From Cyanophora paradoxa CCMP329 (Eukaryota; Plantae; Glaucophyta): a DNA stretch of 64,000 nt. Shown here in pieces: positions 13,460-25,973 of the stretch. The DNA is taken from assembly GCA_004431415.1 (NCBI GenBank), contig QPMI01000026.1:62001-126000 (forward strand), in the 5' to 3' direction. Position 1 is the first letter of the stretch, and every line of letters starts with the position of its first letter. The notes under the pieces are model-generated. The model was not told where the DNA came from. It searched no databases and saw only the letters and a program-made list of their open reading frames with translations. The translations under genes and the position numbers were made by a program.

Positions 13460-16400
13460 CGGGCCTTGTCCTTGAGGAACTTGCCGATGTCCAACAGCAC
13501 GGGGTTGCCTGTCCGCCCGCGTGAGCTAAAAGGGCAGGCGGAGGCGGAGGCGGAGGCGGGGGCGGGGCGGAGGCGGGGCGGGGCCGGGGGGGAGGAGGGG
13601 GAGGGGAGGGGGAGGGGGAGGAGAGGGGGGAGGGGGAGGGGTGGGGGTACCGGAGGCGTCGAAGGCGGGCGCCTTCTGCATGGTCGAGCGCACCAGCTCC
13701 TGCCCCGCGCCCTCTGCAGGGAGAGGGGGGTACCGGTGAGGAAGAGGGAGAGCAGAGCTAAGAAGTCTAACAGAGTCTACGTGGATCCAAGTGCGGGAAG
13801 GGGGAGGGGCGGCCTGGGGGCACGGGAAGCACCGGCGACGACGATGACGGCGTGGTCGGAGCGGCGGAGGCGCTGCTCGAGGTATTTCAGCAGCGCCGGC
13901 AGCTGCGCTCGCGGGGCGGTGTCAGGGGGGCGGCGAGGGGGCGGGAGGGGCCGGAAGGGAACTGAGTGTAGGGCTCGCCTTCCACTCGACCTGCCGGCGG
14001 GCGGCGCCCGGTCAGTGGGGCGCGGAGGGCGCGTGGGCGAGCGAGGTCTAAGAGAGGGCCGTGGATGTTGGACAGGGCGTCCGAAGGGCGGAGAGAAGAG
14101 AGAAGGGCGGATCGTCGGGAGCCAGGGAGGCGGCGGGCCTGGCGGGGCGGACAGCGGGCGGGGCCCCTAGGATGCGAAGCTAGGGGGCCTGCAGGCCCCT
14201 TCAGGCCAACCGGGCAAGGGATATCGATTGTAAGGGCTCGGAACGGTCAGGGAACCTAGGAAGCGCAGCTAGGGGGCCCCCTACGCCCCTCCAGGTCACT
14301 AGCTTTAAGTCTCTGAGGTCATGGCTAGCGGGCTCGCGGCCGGGCGGGCCTGCCGGGGCCTCCGGATCCGGGAGGGCCCGCACCCCGGGGAATGAGGCGG
14401 ATGGCTAAAACGCTTAAGCAGGTGCACAGGGCTGTGTGGATGCTGGACGGGGCGTACGAAGCTTAAGGGAGCTGGGCCTAAGTCCGGGGCCCTCGAGCTA
14501 TGCCTAGGTTCGGGCTGCTGGAGGGGCCACACCTCGGGGATGAGGCAGACGTTGGCCTCCCGCGTCGCCAGGCACGCGTTCAGCGCGATGAAGCCTGCGC
14601 GCCCGGCCGCGCGTCATGCAAGGCTAAACAAGAAGAGAACAACAAGGAAGGCGCCCCCCGCCCGGCCGCGCGTCAAGGAAGGCTAAGGCCGCGCGTCATG
14701 CACGGCTAAAGGAGGAAGGAGGAAGAAGCAGGAGGAGGAGGAAGGAAGAGAAGGAGTAGGGGTAGGAGAGGGTTCGGTTTCATCGTCGAACGCCGTTTAG
14801 AATCGAAGGCAGAGGTGGAGGCGGAGGGCGTTTAAACATCTCAAGACTTCAGCTGAAGGTTTAGAAGCAGAAAAACCATAAGCTGAAGGTTAAGAAGCAG
14901 AAGGAGGAGGAGAAGGAGTAGGAAAGGCTTAGAATCGAAGGGAGGAAGGAGGTGGCCGGGGCCGGGGCGGGGGCGCCGCGCACCGGCGCGTCAGCCCATG
15001 AGCTTTATGATGGCGATGCTCAAGATTAGGGGGGCGCGGGGCCTTAGAAGCTAGAGAAGACCCAGCGTCCAGCTTATATTCAAGAAGCCGAAGGATCCTA
15101 AGAGGGGGAGGGGGATATCGGAGGAGCACCGGCACCGACGCGGCGGCCCATGAGCTTGGTAGACGGGCTAAGAGATCTAGAGGCTAAGATCTAGGGAGGT
15201 CGCCGCCGGGCGGGCGGTGTCCCCTCTAGACCTAGCCGTCTCGGAGGCCTCGAGCTCCGTCCGGGGTGCGGGCTAGGCTTCCCAGCTAGGCTAGGCCAGA
15301 CTTATGATGGAGGCAAAGGAGCTCAAGAAGATTAAGCGTCCAGCTTATAATCAAGAAGCCGAAGAATCCTAAGAGGAGGAGGGGGATACTGGAGGGCGCA
15401 CCGGCGTGGCGGCCCATGAGCTTAATGATGGCGATGCCGTTGGGGTACGCCTTCGCCTCCACGTGCCCCGACATGATCGACCGCTGGCTCTGGGGGAGGG
15501 GGAAGGGGGGGGGGGGGGGAGGGGGGGGAGGGGGGCGCCATCAGGGAGAGAGAGGGGCGCGAAGGACGGGGGGGGGGGGGGGGTGGGGGTGGGGGGGCCG
15601 CAGGGGGGGTTGGGAGAGAGGGGGGCGGGGGCGGGGGCGCGCCTCCTCGACGGCCGTGTCGAATCCGAAGCTCTTGTCGATGATCGGGATGTCGTTGTCG
15701 ATCTGCGGGGGTACGGGCTCAGGGTGGGAGGGTGGGGGTAGGGGCAGGGGGCGTGGGAGGGGGCGGAGGCTCAGGCGCGCGGGGCGCGGGCTCAGGGTCG
15801 GAAGGAGGGGGGGGGGGGGGGGGGGGGGGCGTGGGAGGGGGGGGGCGCGCACCGTCTTGGGACCCCGCGAGGGCGACCTGGCGGGGAAGCGGGCCGTCAG
15901 AGGCGGGGCGCGGGCGGCGGGGCAGGCGAGGCGATGGGCGAGGGGATGGCGGCCTAGAACATGAGCCTAAGATACATAGAAAGGCCGGGCTGGGGCGGGG
16001 CGGGTCGGAGCGGGCGGGGCGGGGCGGCGAGGAGAGAGGGGGGGCGTCGTGCTTAGAACAGGAGTAGAAGGGCCGGGCCGGGCCGGGCAGGGCCGGGCAG
16101 GGCAGGGCCGGGGCGGTGGTCGGAGCCGATGGGCGGGGAGAGGGGCGTTAGAGATTAGATTAGATTAGATTAGATTAGATTGAGATTAGATTTGGGGCGT
16201 CAGAGCCGTGGTTGAGATTAGATTACGTATAGAAGGACCGGACGCTTTCTATGGCCGGGACGGGCCGGGGCGGGGCGGGCGGGGCGGGGGGCGGGCCTTG
16301 AGGCGGCGGCCTAGAGCTATCTATGGGCTTTCTATGGCCGGGGCTTTCTATGGCCGGGCGCTTTCTATGGCCGGGCGCTTTCTATGGCCCTTTATAGAAG

Positions 16401-19400
16401 GGCCGGGCGCTTTCTATGGCCGGACCGGGGCGGGCGGGGCCGGGGGCGCGGGCCTTGAGGCGGCCTAGAACGTAAGCCTAAGCTTTCTATGGCCGGGCCG
16501 GGGCGGGCGGGGCGGGGGCCGTGCCGGGTCGGATCGGGCGTGCGGGGTTCGGGGTCGCTTTATATGGCTGGGGCGCTTTTCTAGGGGGCGGGCGGGGCGG
16601 GGGCCGGGCCTTGAGGCGGCGGCGGCGGATCTCGTCGAAGAGTCCCCGCGCCGCGCGGTGCGTCCCGTCCCCGCCCACCATGAACACCTGCGCCGAAAAT
16701 AAGGGCGCGAGTCAGGGGCGTAGGCTGCGCTGCGACGAGGTCTAGATTTAGATCTAGCGGGTAGGCTCGGTTCAGGCGGGGGGGGCGACGGGACGGGGCA
16801 TTCGGCCGCGCCCCGGGGGATCCAGAAGGGCGGGGGTCAGGCTGCAGCGGGCTGTGCTGCAGCGGGGCGGCGCAGGAGCGGGGCGGGCGGCGGGCGGCGG
16901 GCGGGCACGCCTGGTTGAAGCCGTGGCGGGCGATGGTTGAAGGTATCAGGAATTAAAGACTCTGGTATCAGGACTTAAAGGTCTCTCTCCAGGATTTAGA
17001 ATTCCATCTACAGTCTCCATCTAAAGCCCTCTAGGGGCGGCCCGGCGGGCCTGGTTGAAGCCGTGGCGGGAATCGGGGGCCGCCGGGAGGCGGGGTCTAA
17101 GGTTTCTAGACTTAGATTTGGGCCAGCCGCTGGATTTCGACCTAACTCCTACTACTTTATGTTGCATTTCATCTCCGGCGCGCCTGGTTGAATCCGTGGC
17201 GGGCGATGGCGTCGACGATGCGGGGGATGTCGGCCCCGCCCCGCGACGACCCCAGCATCGTGCCCCCTGCCCAGAGAGGAGCCGATGTCAGCCTTGCAGG
17301 TCGCGATCGGGGCGGGGGCGGCCTGCTAAGTTTAGCTTAACCCTATTAGCTAGGCGCCCTCCTTCCGTTTCGAGGCCCGCCCCAGCTTCCCCCCTAACTT
17401 CTGCGTTCTCCAGCGCCCGGGCGCCCCCGCCAGCCTCCGGGGCGGCCCCTCCAGGTCTAGGCGGGCTCAGCTCTAGGCGGGCGCTCTCCCTCGCGCTCCC
17501 TCGGCTCACGCCTCTAGACTAGGCCGGCGCGGCGCGGGCGGGCGTCTTCGTGGTGGATGCCCAGGCCGCCGGAGGAGGGGCAGGAGGGAGGGCGGGCGCT
17601 GGATCCGGAGGAGCTCTAATCGAAGGCCGAAGGCCGAAATTCTACTTACTTTATGCTAGACATCGATCCCATCTATCTGTCTATCTATTCGGGCGCACCG
17701 TCGTGGTGGATGTGGGCGACCCCGGCCGGCGTGAGGCGCACGAAGGGGTGCTTCTCGTCGTCGTAGAAGCCCCGCAGCCCGTACCGGATCCCGTAGATCT
17801 CCTGCGGGGCGGAGGAGGTGAGAAGGGCGGATCCCGGAGGAGCCAGAGGCCAGAGGCGGGCGGGCGGCGCCTCCTCTTGCCGCCCCGGAGAGCACCAGAC
17901 TCTAGGGAAGTGGGAAGGGAAGTGGAGGGCGCGGCGGGCGGGCGGGCGGGCGGACGACGTCCCCTCTAGCCCAGGGCGGAGGGAGATGCGAGGGCAGCGG
18001 CGGGCAGCGGAGATCTAGAGCGCTCAAGCTCAAGCTCAAGCTACAGCTCAAGCTCAAGCTCAAGCTCAGAGTAGGTGAGGGGGGCGGCGGGGGGCGCCGG
18101 AGTAGGGCAAGGGCCTCTGCCGCGATCGTGATCTCGGGCGGCGAGAAGCTGAAGGGCGGCGGAGATATCAGCGGGCCCGGGGGGGGGGCCAGCGGAGGCA
18201 GGGCGTCCGCGGGGGGAATCCGGGATTTCAGGTGGGAGGGGCAGTGGAGGGCGCGGTGGGCGGGGTGGGGGTGGCGTCCCCTCTATCTAGCCCAGCCGCA
18301 CGCTGCTGACGCGGACCGCGGCGCGGCGCTGCTGAGACGGACCTTTACCCCGTACGAGTAGGACAGGATCATCACGATCTGTGGGAGATCGAATCTAAGG
18401 GGAGAAGCAATTGCAGGGGGAGCAAGGGCGAAGCCGCTGGTACCTCGCGGATTACGGTGTTGAGACCCGGGCAGAGCCCTGAGGCGGGGAGGTCGGGGTA
18501 AGGGGTACGCGTAAGCAGCGCGACGCGGGGGGGCGCTGGAGGGGTACCGCCGCAGGTGACGATGCAGGCCTTGACCTCCTGCGGACGCGGGGGGGGGGGG
18601 GGGGGGGGGGGGGGCGTTGAGATATCGACCGGACAGGGGTAAGGGAAAAGGGGCGAACCTTCGGGTCGAACGCGATCTGGAGCCGGGGGCCGGCGCGGAG
18701 GCTGCGAGGGGTACAGGTTAACGCGGACCCCGAGGAGTGCGGACGGGACGGGTACACACTAGAAGGGGCCGGCGGCCATGGCGGGCCCGTGCATTCCAGC
18801 GAATACGATGTCTCGGAGCACGTGCTCGTCGTCCTGCGGGCGGCCCGTGAGGACGCGTGCGCGCCAAGTGCGGGCGGCGGGCCGCGCGGACGGAGACGAA
18901 GTCCTGCGGGCCACGGCGCGTCAGGCGGGGCGGAGCGGGGAGGGGCGAAGTGGTAGTGATGCATGGGTGCGAACCATGCGAGCGCCGATATTCGTCACGG
19001 ACACGCCAGCGTTCTGGAACAGCTTCAGGACCGGGGTCTGTATGTTCTTCATCTGCGGAACTGGGTGGGACCGGCCGCGCTCCACGGCAAGCGCGAGACG
19101 CAGCGCGCTTCGGAGGGCGCGGAAGAATGCGCGGACCTCACACCACTGCGGCGAAGAAGGCGGCGTCACGAGCCACGGATGCATGCATGAAGGCCGAAGG
19201 GGCACGCACCTCATGCAGCCGGGGAATCGCGCGAATGGCGAGCGAGACGTCGGGTAGCGAAGTCCTCGGTGATCCAGCTGCGTGCCAGGCGCACGTACGC
19301 GAGGCCGGTCTCAGAATGGGGCGGGATCGAATCGAAAGCCCAATGGCGGAGAGAGCATGGGCGTCGAGCGGCGGCGCAGCGCAACGCGGCTGCTGTGCGC

Positions 19401-19709
19401 ACAGCCAATGAGGACGACAGATGGACGCCGTGCGAGGCCCCCGCGTCGCGCGGACGTCGCGGGCGAGAGCACGGTGCCACTCAAGGGCGATGAGAAGTTC
19501 TGCGGCGCCATGATGGGAGTGCGCACGCCGGGAGGCGTCTCCGCGCTCTCTTCCGAATCCCCCGAGAGCCTGCGCTGCGCTGCGATGTCGGCGGCGTCGT
19601 CATCGTCCGCGAAGCCGCGCGCATCGGCCGCCGCGATGACGTCGGGAGTGTGCGCTCGCAGCTGCTCAAACGCGGCCACGAGCATGTTCGGGTGCGGTTC
19701 GGCCGTCAT
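11166..19709 (-). CDS. PFK: ATP-dependent 6-phosphofructokinase (plant/protist type), >20 small exons
   Basis: Exons in order give [145 protein letters not shown] and [14 protein letters not shown], with TGA at 11166-11168. The N-terminal extension and start codon are uncertain. Confidence 0.93.
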
Positions 19710-20257
19710 CGCCGCTGACGTCGACGCTGCACTCAACTGCGTATGGGCCGTACCCCACTCGAGTTCGATCCCCCTTGTTCACCTGAGTTGTTCACGCGCC
19801 AGCTGCAGGCGCTTTCATGCAGGCATGGCGGCGCGAGGGCGCGGTCTCATGGCCACAGCTTCTGTATGAGAAATTTGGAGCTCGCGTGGCGGGCAGCGAG
19901 CCTAGTGCAAATTCGACTGGCCTTCAAATAAATTCATTCATTTCATTAGTATCGATCAGCTGCTGACGCGGCGGTGTCGCCTAGAAATAAATAAGAAGCC
20001 TCAATAGAACTCGCTTATAAGACTGCATATCGCAAACTTGAAAGAGGGGAGGAGGGAAAGCTCAAGGTCGGAAGACGGCCGGGCTCACAGAAACGTGGGC
20101 GGCTGGAAGCTACAGGTCGCAGAACGATAATGCACAATGAAGCAGGGAGCGGCCCCGCGGGAATCCGCTTCGGGGGCCGGCTCCCATTCCTATAAAGAAT
20201 GCGAAGATCTAATCTTATGCGGGAACGGGATTGAAGGCAGGGCGCCCGCGCCGCCGC

Positions 20258-20852
20258 TCAGAAGCCCGCGGCGGACGTCTCGCGGCGGATGCGGCGGGCG
20301 AGGTGGATGTCCTTGGGCATGATCGTCACGCGGCCCGCGTGGATCGCGCAGAGGTTCGCGTCCTCGAAGAGGCCGATCAGGAAGGCCTCCGCAGCCTCCT
20401 GCGCGCGCAGGCGGATCAGAGCGGGATGGAAGCGTATCGCGCGGGTGGACTTTTACCTGGAGCGCGTCCACGGCGGCGCTCATCCACCGCATGTCTTTCT
20501 GGCCGGAAACGACCTCAAGCGAAATGCTCGCGACGAGTCTCTTGAAGGGCGCCCGGCGGATGAGACGTTTGGTTGACTTCTGGTACTTTCTTATCTGCGG
20601 GCACATCAGCGTTATGATTGAGCGCGCGACGCGAGCCTTGAGAAGGCCGGCGGACCTCCTTCAGCGCGAGCTCCCCGGGCCGGAGACGACGCGGCGGCTT
20701 TTTGACCCCCGCCGAAGTTGGGGATGCAGAAGCCTGTTGGGACCCACCCGAGCTGGCAGTCTGCACGCGGAAATGAGCACACGCGACATCGGGGCGAAGC
20801 GAAGGCTCACTTTGATCTGCCGGTGCTTGGGGGCCTGCTTGACCCGCGCCAT
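20258..20852 (-). CDS. CENH3: Centromeric histone H3 variant (CenH3/CENP-A-like), 4 exons
   Basis: The protein reads MARVKQ...[81 protein letters not shown]. It has a divergent tail and a longer loop 1, and it lacks canonical H3 Q68, F84 and T107 (K, W and A here), which is the CenH3 signature. Confidence 0.85.
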
Positions 20853-21109
20853 TTACTCAAGCAACCTCTGGCTCGCTTGCTGGCGCTCGGTGGGAGCGAC
20901 TCGACCACGCGAATGCTCGAGGATGAGCGCCCGGTCGAGGCGGAGAAAGTCGTTGAAGAAGTGAACAATGCCAATGCCGATGTGGGGTCCGCCAAAATTG
21001 CGCGGTTGAGCAGTCAGGAGTCAGGCTGACCGACCTTCAGGCTGACTGTCAGGGGATCCCGGGGGTACAGATCGCTCGTCTGCCAACCCGTCACTCGTTC
21101 GTCGCAAGG

Positions 21110-22834
21110 ATGTCCGCCTTCGTCGCCGCTCTCCCCACCGTGTCCCGCGCCCAGGCCGGCGTCGTTGGCCACGTCTCCCGGATCGCCTCGGCATCGGCAT
21201 CGAAGACAGCGGCTCGGGCGCAGTCCATCCGCAGCACGTTCACGGCGACCCCCGTCCGCCCGGCGGTCTCGTTCTTCGCGACCCGCTCCCTGAAGGTCAA
21301 GACTGTCCCCGTCGCCCACAAGGCCGCTTTCACCACCCGCGCGGAGGCCGGCAAGATAGGCTCCGCCCGCGCGTCCCACGTGAGCGAGGATCGCATGCGC
21401 TCGCTGCGTCCGCCCCGGGATCTGATCGGGGCCGCCAGATCCTCGTCGACGACGAGAAGTTCGCGGATGAGGTGCGGGGACCCCGCCGCGGTCAGCGGCG
21501 CCCATTTGACGCGTTGTCCGCAGCTTCTGGCGAAGGTACGCGGTGCGGCGGGTCTTAGCTTTCGAAAGGGCCGCAAGATCGAACTTCCGGGCTCCGGGCC
21601 TCCGATCCGGTCCCCGAATCGCCTCCCGCCGCGCAGGTCAACGGCGGCGCCAACTTCGCCGACCTCGCCAAGGTGCGGAAACTGCAATCCCGGGCTTTTC
21701 GCCCCGTCCCTATCATTTCGACTGATTGACTGTCGCTCAGGAGCACAGCAAGGTGGGCGGGGCCGTGCTTGCCGTTCCTTCTCGCGCCCTCCCTCCTCGC
21801 TGACCGTCTCGCTCCTTGAAGTGCCCGTCCGGCAAGCAGCAGGGCGGCGGTCCGTACCCCGGGCCCGCCCGGCCGCGGCCGCCGCTCGCCGGAGCCCGCT
21901 GACGTCACGCCGCGCGCTGGCTGCAGACCTCAGCTGGTTCGGCCCGAACATGATGGTCAAGGAGTTCGAGGACGTGCGTATACGTACCCCTCCCCGCGCC
22001 GCCGCCCCCGGGTACCGGCTCATCCCCTCCGCAGGTCTCCTTCGAGCCGAGCAACATGGGCAAGACCGTCAAGGTCAAGACCCAGTTCGGCTGGTGTGGT
22101 ATCCCCCTTCGTCTTCTCCCCCCTCTAGTTTCAACGCCGCTGCAGGCACCTGGTGCAGGTTACCGGCCAGCGCCCGGTACGCCCCGCGGTCCCCTGCGCC
22201 TCCACTCCAGCTTGCTCCGGTTCTTAAGCTTACGTCCTGTTCTTGTGCAGGCCCCGGGCAAGGTCGAGGTTGAGGAGCTCGCCAAGATCATGAAGGAGCG
22301 CAAGGACGAGGTCCAGCTTATCGGTACCCCCTCCCGGCTCAACCCCCCCCACCCTCTGGCTTACCCGGGGGGGGGGGGTAGACGTGCGCGAGGACGACGA
22401 GCTCGCGATCGCGTCGGTCCCCGGCTTCATGCCGTTCCCCCTTACCCAGGCCCAGTCCTGGGCCCCCGCCCTCCAGGTACCTTCTACCCCCCCCCTTCTT
22501 TCCCCCCCCCCCCAACTCAACCGTACCCAGGCGGGCGAGCGGCTCGACAAGACGAAGGAGACCGTGCGGCCGTACCCCTGCCCCTCCCCCGCCCCTTTCC
22601 CCTGACTCTTTCTCCTGCGCCGCAGTACGTGATGTGCCACAAGGGCATGCGGAGCGCGCAGATGTGCAACTTCCTCGCCCAGATCGGCTTCGAGAAGGTG
22701 CCTGGCTGGCATCCAGCGAGCCTTCTTGAGCCCTGAGCTCGTTGTAACCGCCTGGCCGGCGCCAGGTCTACAACGTGACGGGCGGCATCGACGCGTACAG
22801 CAAGAAGGTCGACTCCAGCGTCCCCACCTACTAG
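21110..22834 (+). CDS. Plastid-targeted parvulin (PpiC)-rhodanese fusion protein, STR12-like
   Basis: A Ser/Ala/Thr-rich MSAFVAA transit peptide is followed by parvulin exons ASH/ILVDDE, FADLAK/EHSK/CPSGKQQGG/DLSWF..MMVKEFE and KTQFGW/HLVQV. The rhodanese part reads LI/DVREDDE, YVMCHKGMRS and VYNVTGGIDAYS..VDSSVPTY*. Confidence 0.9.
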
Positions 22835-23071
22835 CCGGCCCGGCCGTCTCTCGGCTCGAGCTTATCGTTCCGTCCCCTGCATTTGCATGCACTTGAATGC
22901 GAGGGACGGATTGCCCCTGCAGCTGATCATGAGCGCCTGCTTGCTTGCTCCACTCTAGCTCGGGGGCCGGGCTGGCACGAGCGCACGTGGGACCGGCAGA
23001 TCCGGATCCAAGCAGAGCCTAATTACTTATAATAAAGCTCCTCTACGCTATCTATCTAATCTGGATCGAAT

Positions 23072-24155
23072 CTAGAGGCGGGCGCGGGCGAACTTGGGGG
23101 CGCGCGTCTCCAGGGCCGCCGAGACGGCCTCCTCCAGGTCGGTGGAGGCGAGGAGGGCGCCGGCGTTGTACGCGGCGACGTAGCGGAGGCCGCCCTCCAC
23201 CGAAAGGTTGGAGGCGAGCTGGGCGTTCAGGACGTGCTTCGTGCCGCGGACGGCGAGCGGGCTCTTGGCGGCGATCGCGCGCGCGGCCTTCAGGCCGTGC
23301 TCGCGGAGGGCCTCGGGGCTCTCCAGGACGGCGGCGACGAGGCCGGCCCGGAGCGCCTCGTCGGCGGGGACGGAGCGGCCCGTGAGGGCCATCTCTCGCG
23401 TGCGGGACTCGCCTGGCGCGGAGGTAAGCGATGGAAAGTGCGGAAGGAGAGTTGCAAAGCTACCGATGAGGCGCGGGAGGCGCTGGAGGGACCCCAGATC
23501 CGCCGTGATCCCCAGGTCGACCTCCTTCACCGCGAAGCTCGCGTCCTTCGTGCAGTAGCGGATGTCCGCCGCGGCGATCAAATCCACGCCGCCGCCGACG
23601 CAGGGGCCGTGCACGCAGGCCACGACGGGCACGGGGCAGGCCTCCAGCGCCGAGAACGCCTCCTGGAGGGAGAGGATGAAGCGGCGGAAGGACTCCCGCC
23701 TCCGCGCCTCGCACGCGATCGGCTGCAGCTCGCGCGACATCTGCGCGGGCGGCGGCGGCGGGCGCGGGGCACGTAAGCGGCGGCGGCGGAGGGCCCCGCG
23801 CGCGAAACGGATCAAATCGCATCGCACGTGGTCGAAGAAGCCGACGAGATCGATTCCCGCGCAGAAGGTGCGGCCCGCCTGCGTCAGGAGGACAACCCGA
23901 GTCTCCTTCCCATCCGCCTCAAGCTGCTCGGGCGCGAAAACGCGCCGGAACTCCGCAAAGCTCGCCACGGTCAGCGCGTTCGCCTGCGCGGCCCCGCATC
24001 GGCCCGCGCTTTCGGAGAAAGCAGCGATAGCTGAATTTCCGCACCTTCTCTGGCCTCGAGAGCTGCACCTCCAGGACGCCCTCCGCCGGCCTCGACACGC
24101 GCAGAAAGCCGCCGCCGCCGCCGCCGCCGCCGCCGCTGCTGCTCGCAGTCTGCAT
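23072..24155 (-). CDS. ECH1: Delta(3,5)-Delta(2,4)-dienoyl-CoA isomerase (crotonase family), peroxisomal
   Basis: Motifs LSRPEK/ANAL, FCAGIDL, PVVACVHGPCVGGGVDLIAAADIRYC, VKEVDLGITADLGSLQRLPRLIG and AAKSPLAVRGTK. The C-terminal ARL is a PTS1. Confidence 0.9.
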
Positions 24156-24735
24156 TTCAGTCCTCGTGCTCCTCCGGTTCCGAGCGGATCTGCGAAAAGG
24201 ACTAAGCGTCGCTCAGCGCAGCGGGCCGGCTTGCACTGCACCGCCAAAGTCGAGAGCCCAATCACGGCGCGCGCCACTGCGAGGGCGCAATCAGAGGCAA
24301 TTACGAGGGACCGCGAGCAGGGCAGCTGCGCCCGTCTACCGCCGCCGCGCGGCGGGCATTCTTTGACAGCTCCCGGGCGGCGGGCCTGCCCGGGCGGGCG
24401 GCGTTCGGGCCGGGCAGGGCCGCACCGCAGTGCAGGCAGGCGTAGGAAGCGAGCAGCTGCACGCCGAAGAACGCGTGGAAGCCGACCTCGGTGTCGTGGC
24501 CAATCCAGCCGGCGTGCCGCAGCAGCTTCGACAATATGAACATATGCAGTCAACGCCGCAAGCGCAAGTAGCTGCTTGCGCTGCGCTCTGCGGCTCTTGC
24601 TCCGGCTGTTCGCACGCCGTACCCAGTGTCAGGAGGGGGGAAGCCGGTCAGGGGGGGCGATCCGTAGGGGCATACAGGACGTGCGCTCTCGATCCCGCCG
24701 ACCCGCTTTCCTGGCTGACGGGGGCCTTGCAGACA

Positions 24736-25538
24736 ATGACGGAGAGCGTGCAGACCTTCGGCAAGAAGGTCCGTATCCGTGCCGGGCGAATCGGGGCAGC
24801 AGGTGGACCGTGGCTGATCGCGTGTCGGCCGCGGCGCACAGAAAACCGCTATCGCGGTGGCCTACGCCAAGAAGGGCAAGGGCCTCATCAAGGTCAATGG
24901 CAGCCCGGTGGAGCTCGTCCAGCCGGAGACCCTCCGCTTCAAGGTCTTCGAGCCGATCCTCCTCCTCGGCCGCCAGCGGTTCGCGAACATCGACATCCGC
25001 ATCCGCGTGACGGGCGGTGGTTTCACTGCTCAGATCTACGGTGCGCACGCGCAGCCAGCCCTCTAGCTTTCGGGATGTTCTCGCTAACGCAGGCCGCGGC
25101 CCTGTGCAGCTGTCCGCCAGGCGCTCGCCAAGGCGATCGTCGCCTACTACCAGAAGTGTAAGCTCCGCGCTCTGGACGCGTAGCGGGCCCAGCGGCTAGC
25201 GGGACGAGATCGACGAGCGCCAGGGATGGCTAAAGTTTGAGATCACGCTACTCTAATGCGTGACAATCTTCGCGCTGAGGTTTCTCTATCTCTTCCGTGG
25301 ACGCCCGCCGCCCCCCGCACACCGCACTCTAGCTCCGTCGCTGCGCCATCGTCCGCCTCGCTGACCTCCGGCATCCACCTGGGGCACCGCAGACGTCGAC
25401 GAGACGTCGAAGAAGGAGATCAAGGACATCCTCCTGGCGTACGACCGCTCTCTCCTCGTCGCGGACCCCCGCCGCTGCGAGCCGAAGAAGTTCGGTGGCC
25501 GTGGTGCTCGCGCCCGGTTCCAGAAGTCGTACCGTTAA
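24736..25538 (+). CDS. RPS16: 40S ribosomal protein S16 (uS9), 4 coding exons
   Basis: [31 protein letters not shown]...[35 protein letters not shown]...[24 protein letters not shown]. Confidence 0.97.
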
Positions 25539-25846
25539 GCAGCAGCTCTTTCGCGGGCTCCTCTCTCGCGCGAGGAGTCAGCGACGAGCTGCGGGGCGGG
25601 GATTCTGTCGGCGGCCACGCCGAATCCCGCCCCGACGGCCAGCGATCTTTCTGCGCCCTCGAATGCCGTTCACGCTTTCCGATCCGTGTCTACGTAGGGG
25701 TTGTGTCTGTCCCTCTCGAATCATCAGATGCCCCGTCTTCCGTCTCCTTGACGCGCCCGGCAGCCGCCAGACTAACCGCCCCGCCCTCCCCGCCCGGCCG
25801 CTTTCCCCTCTTCCCTTCCCCGCCGGTTTTCCTTTGCGACAAGCCT

Positions 25847-25973
25847 CCGTCCCTTTCGGTACTCCGCCTTTATGCGTGGCGATGTACCTAGAAGAGTGGG
25901 GCGAGACGAAGCGGAGGACAGGCGGAGCCCAGGACCGTCCATGAGCGGGCTCCTTTGTTTCCTCTATACATTC
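25847..25973 (+). ncRNA. Box H/ACA snoRNA candidate, copy 1
   Basis: Hairpin 1, then AGACGA (H box, ANANNA), then hairpin 2 (GAGGACA..GGAGCCC / GGGCTCC..TGTTTCCTC), then ACA at 25968-25970. Confidence 0.65.

Noticed and set aside
15853-15877. Frameshift in the PFK exon VALAG(V)PKT, suggesting a pseudogene
   Set aside because: The exon is 25 nt instead of 27, and both missing bases fall in G/C homopolymers. The other core exons look intact, so a sequencing error is more likely.
24200-24553. N-terminal extension of ECH1 (493-aa ORF) or a separate small gene MFILSKLL...
   Set aside because: ECH1 homology starts after ATG 24155. The upstream frame has no recognisable domain and cannot be supported.
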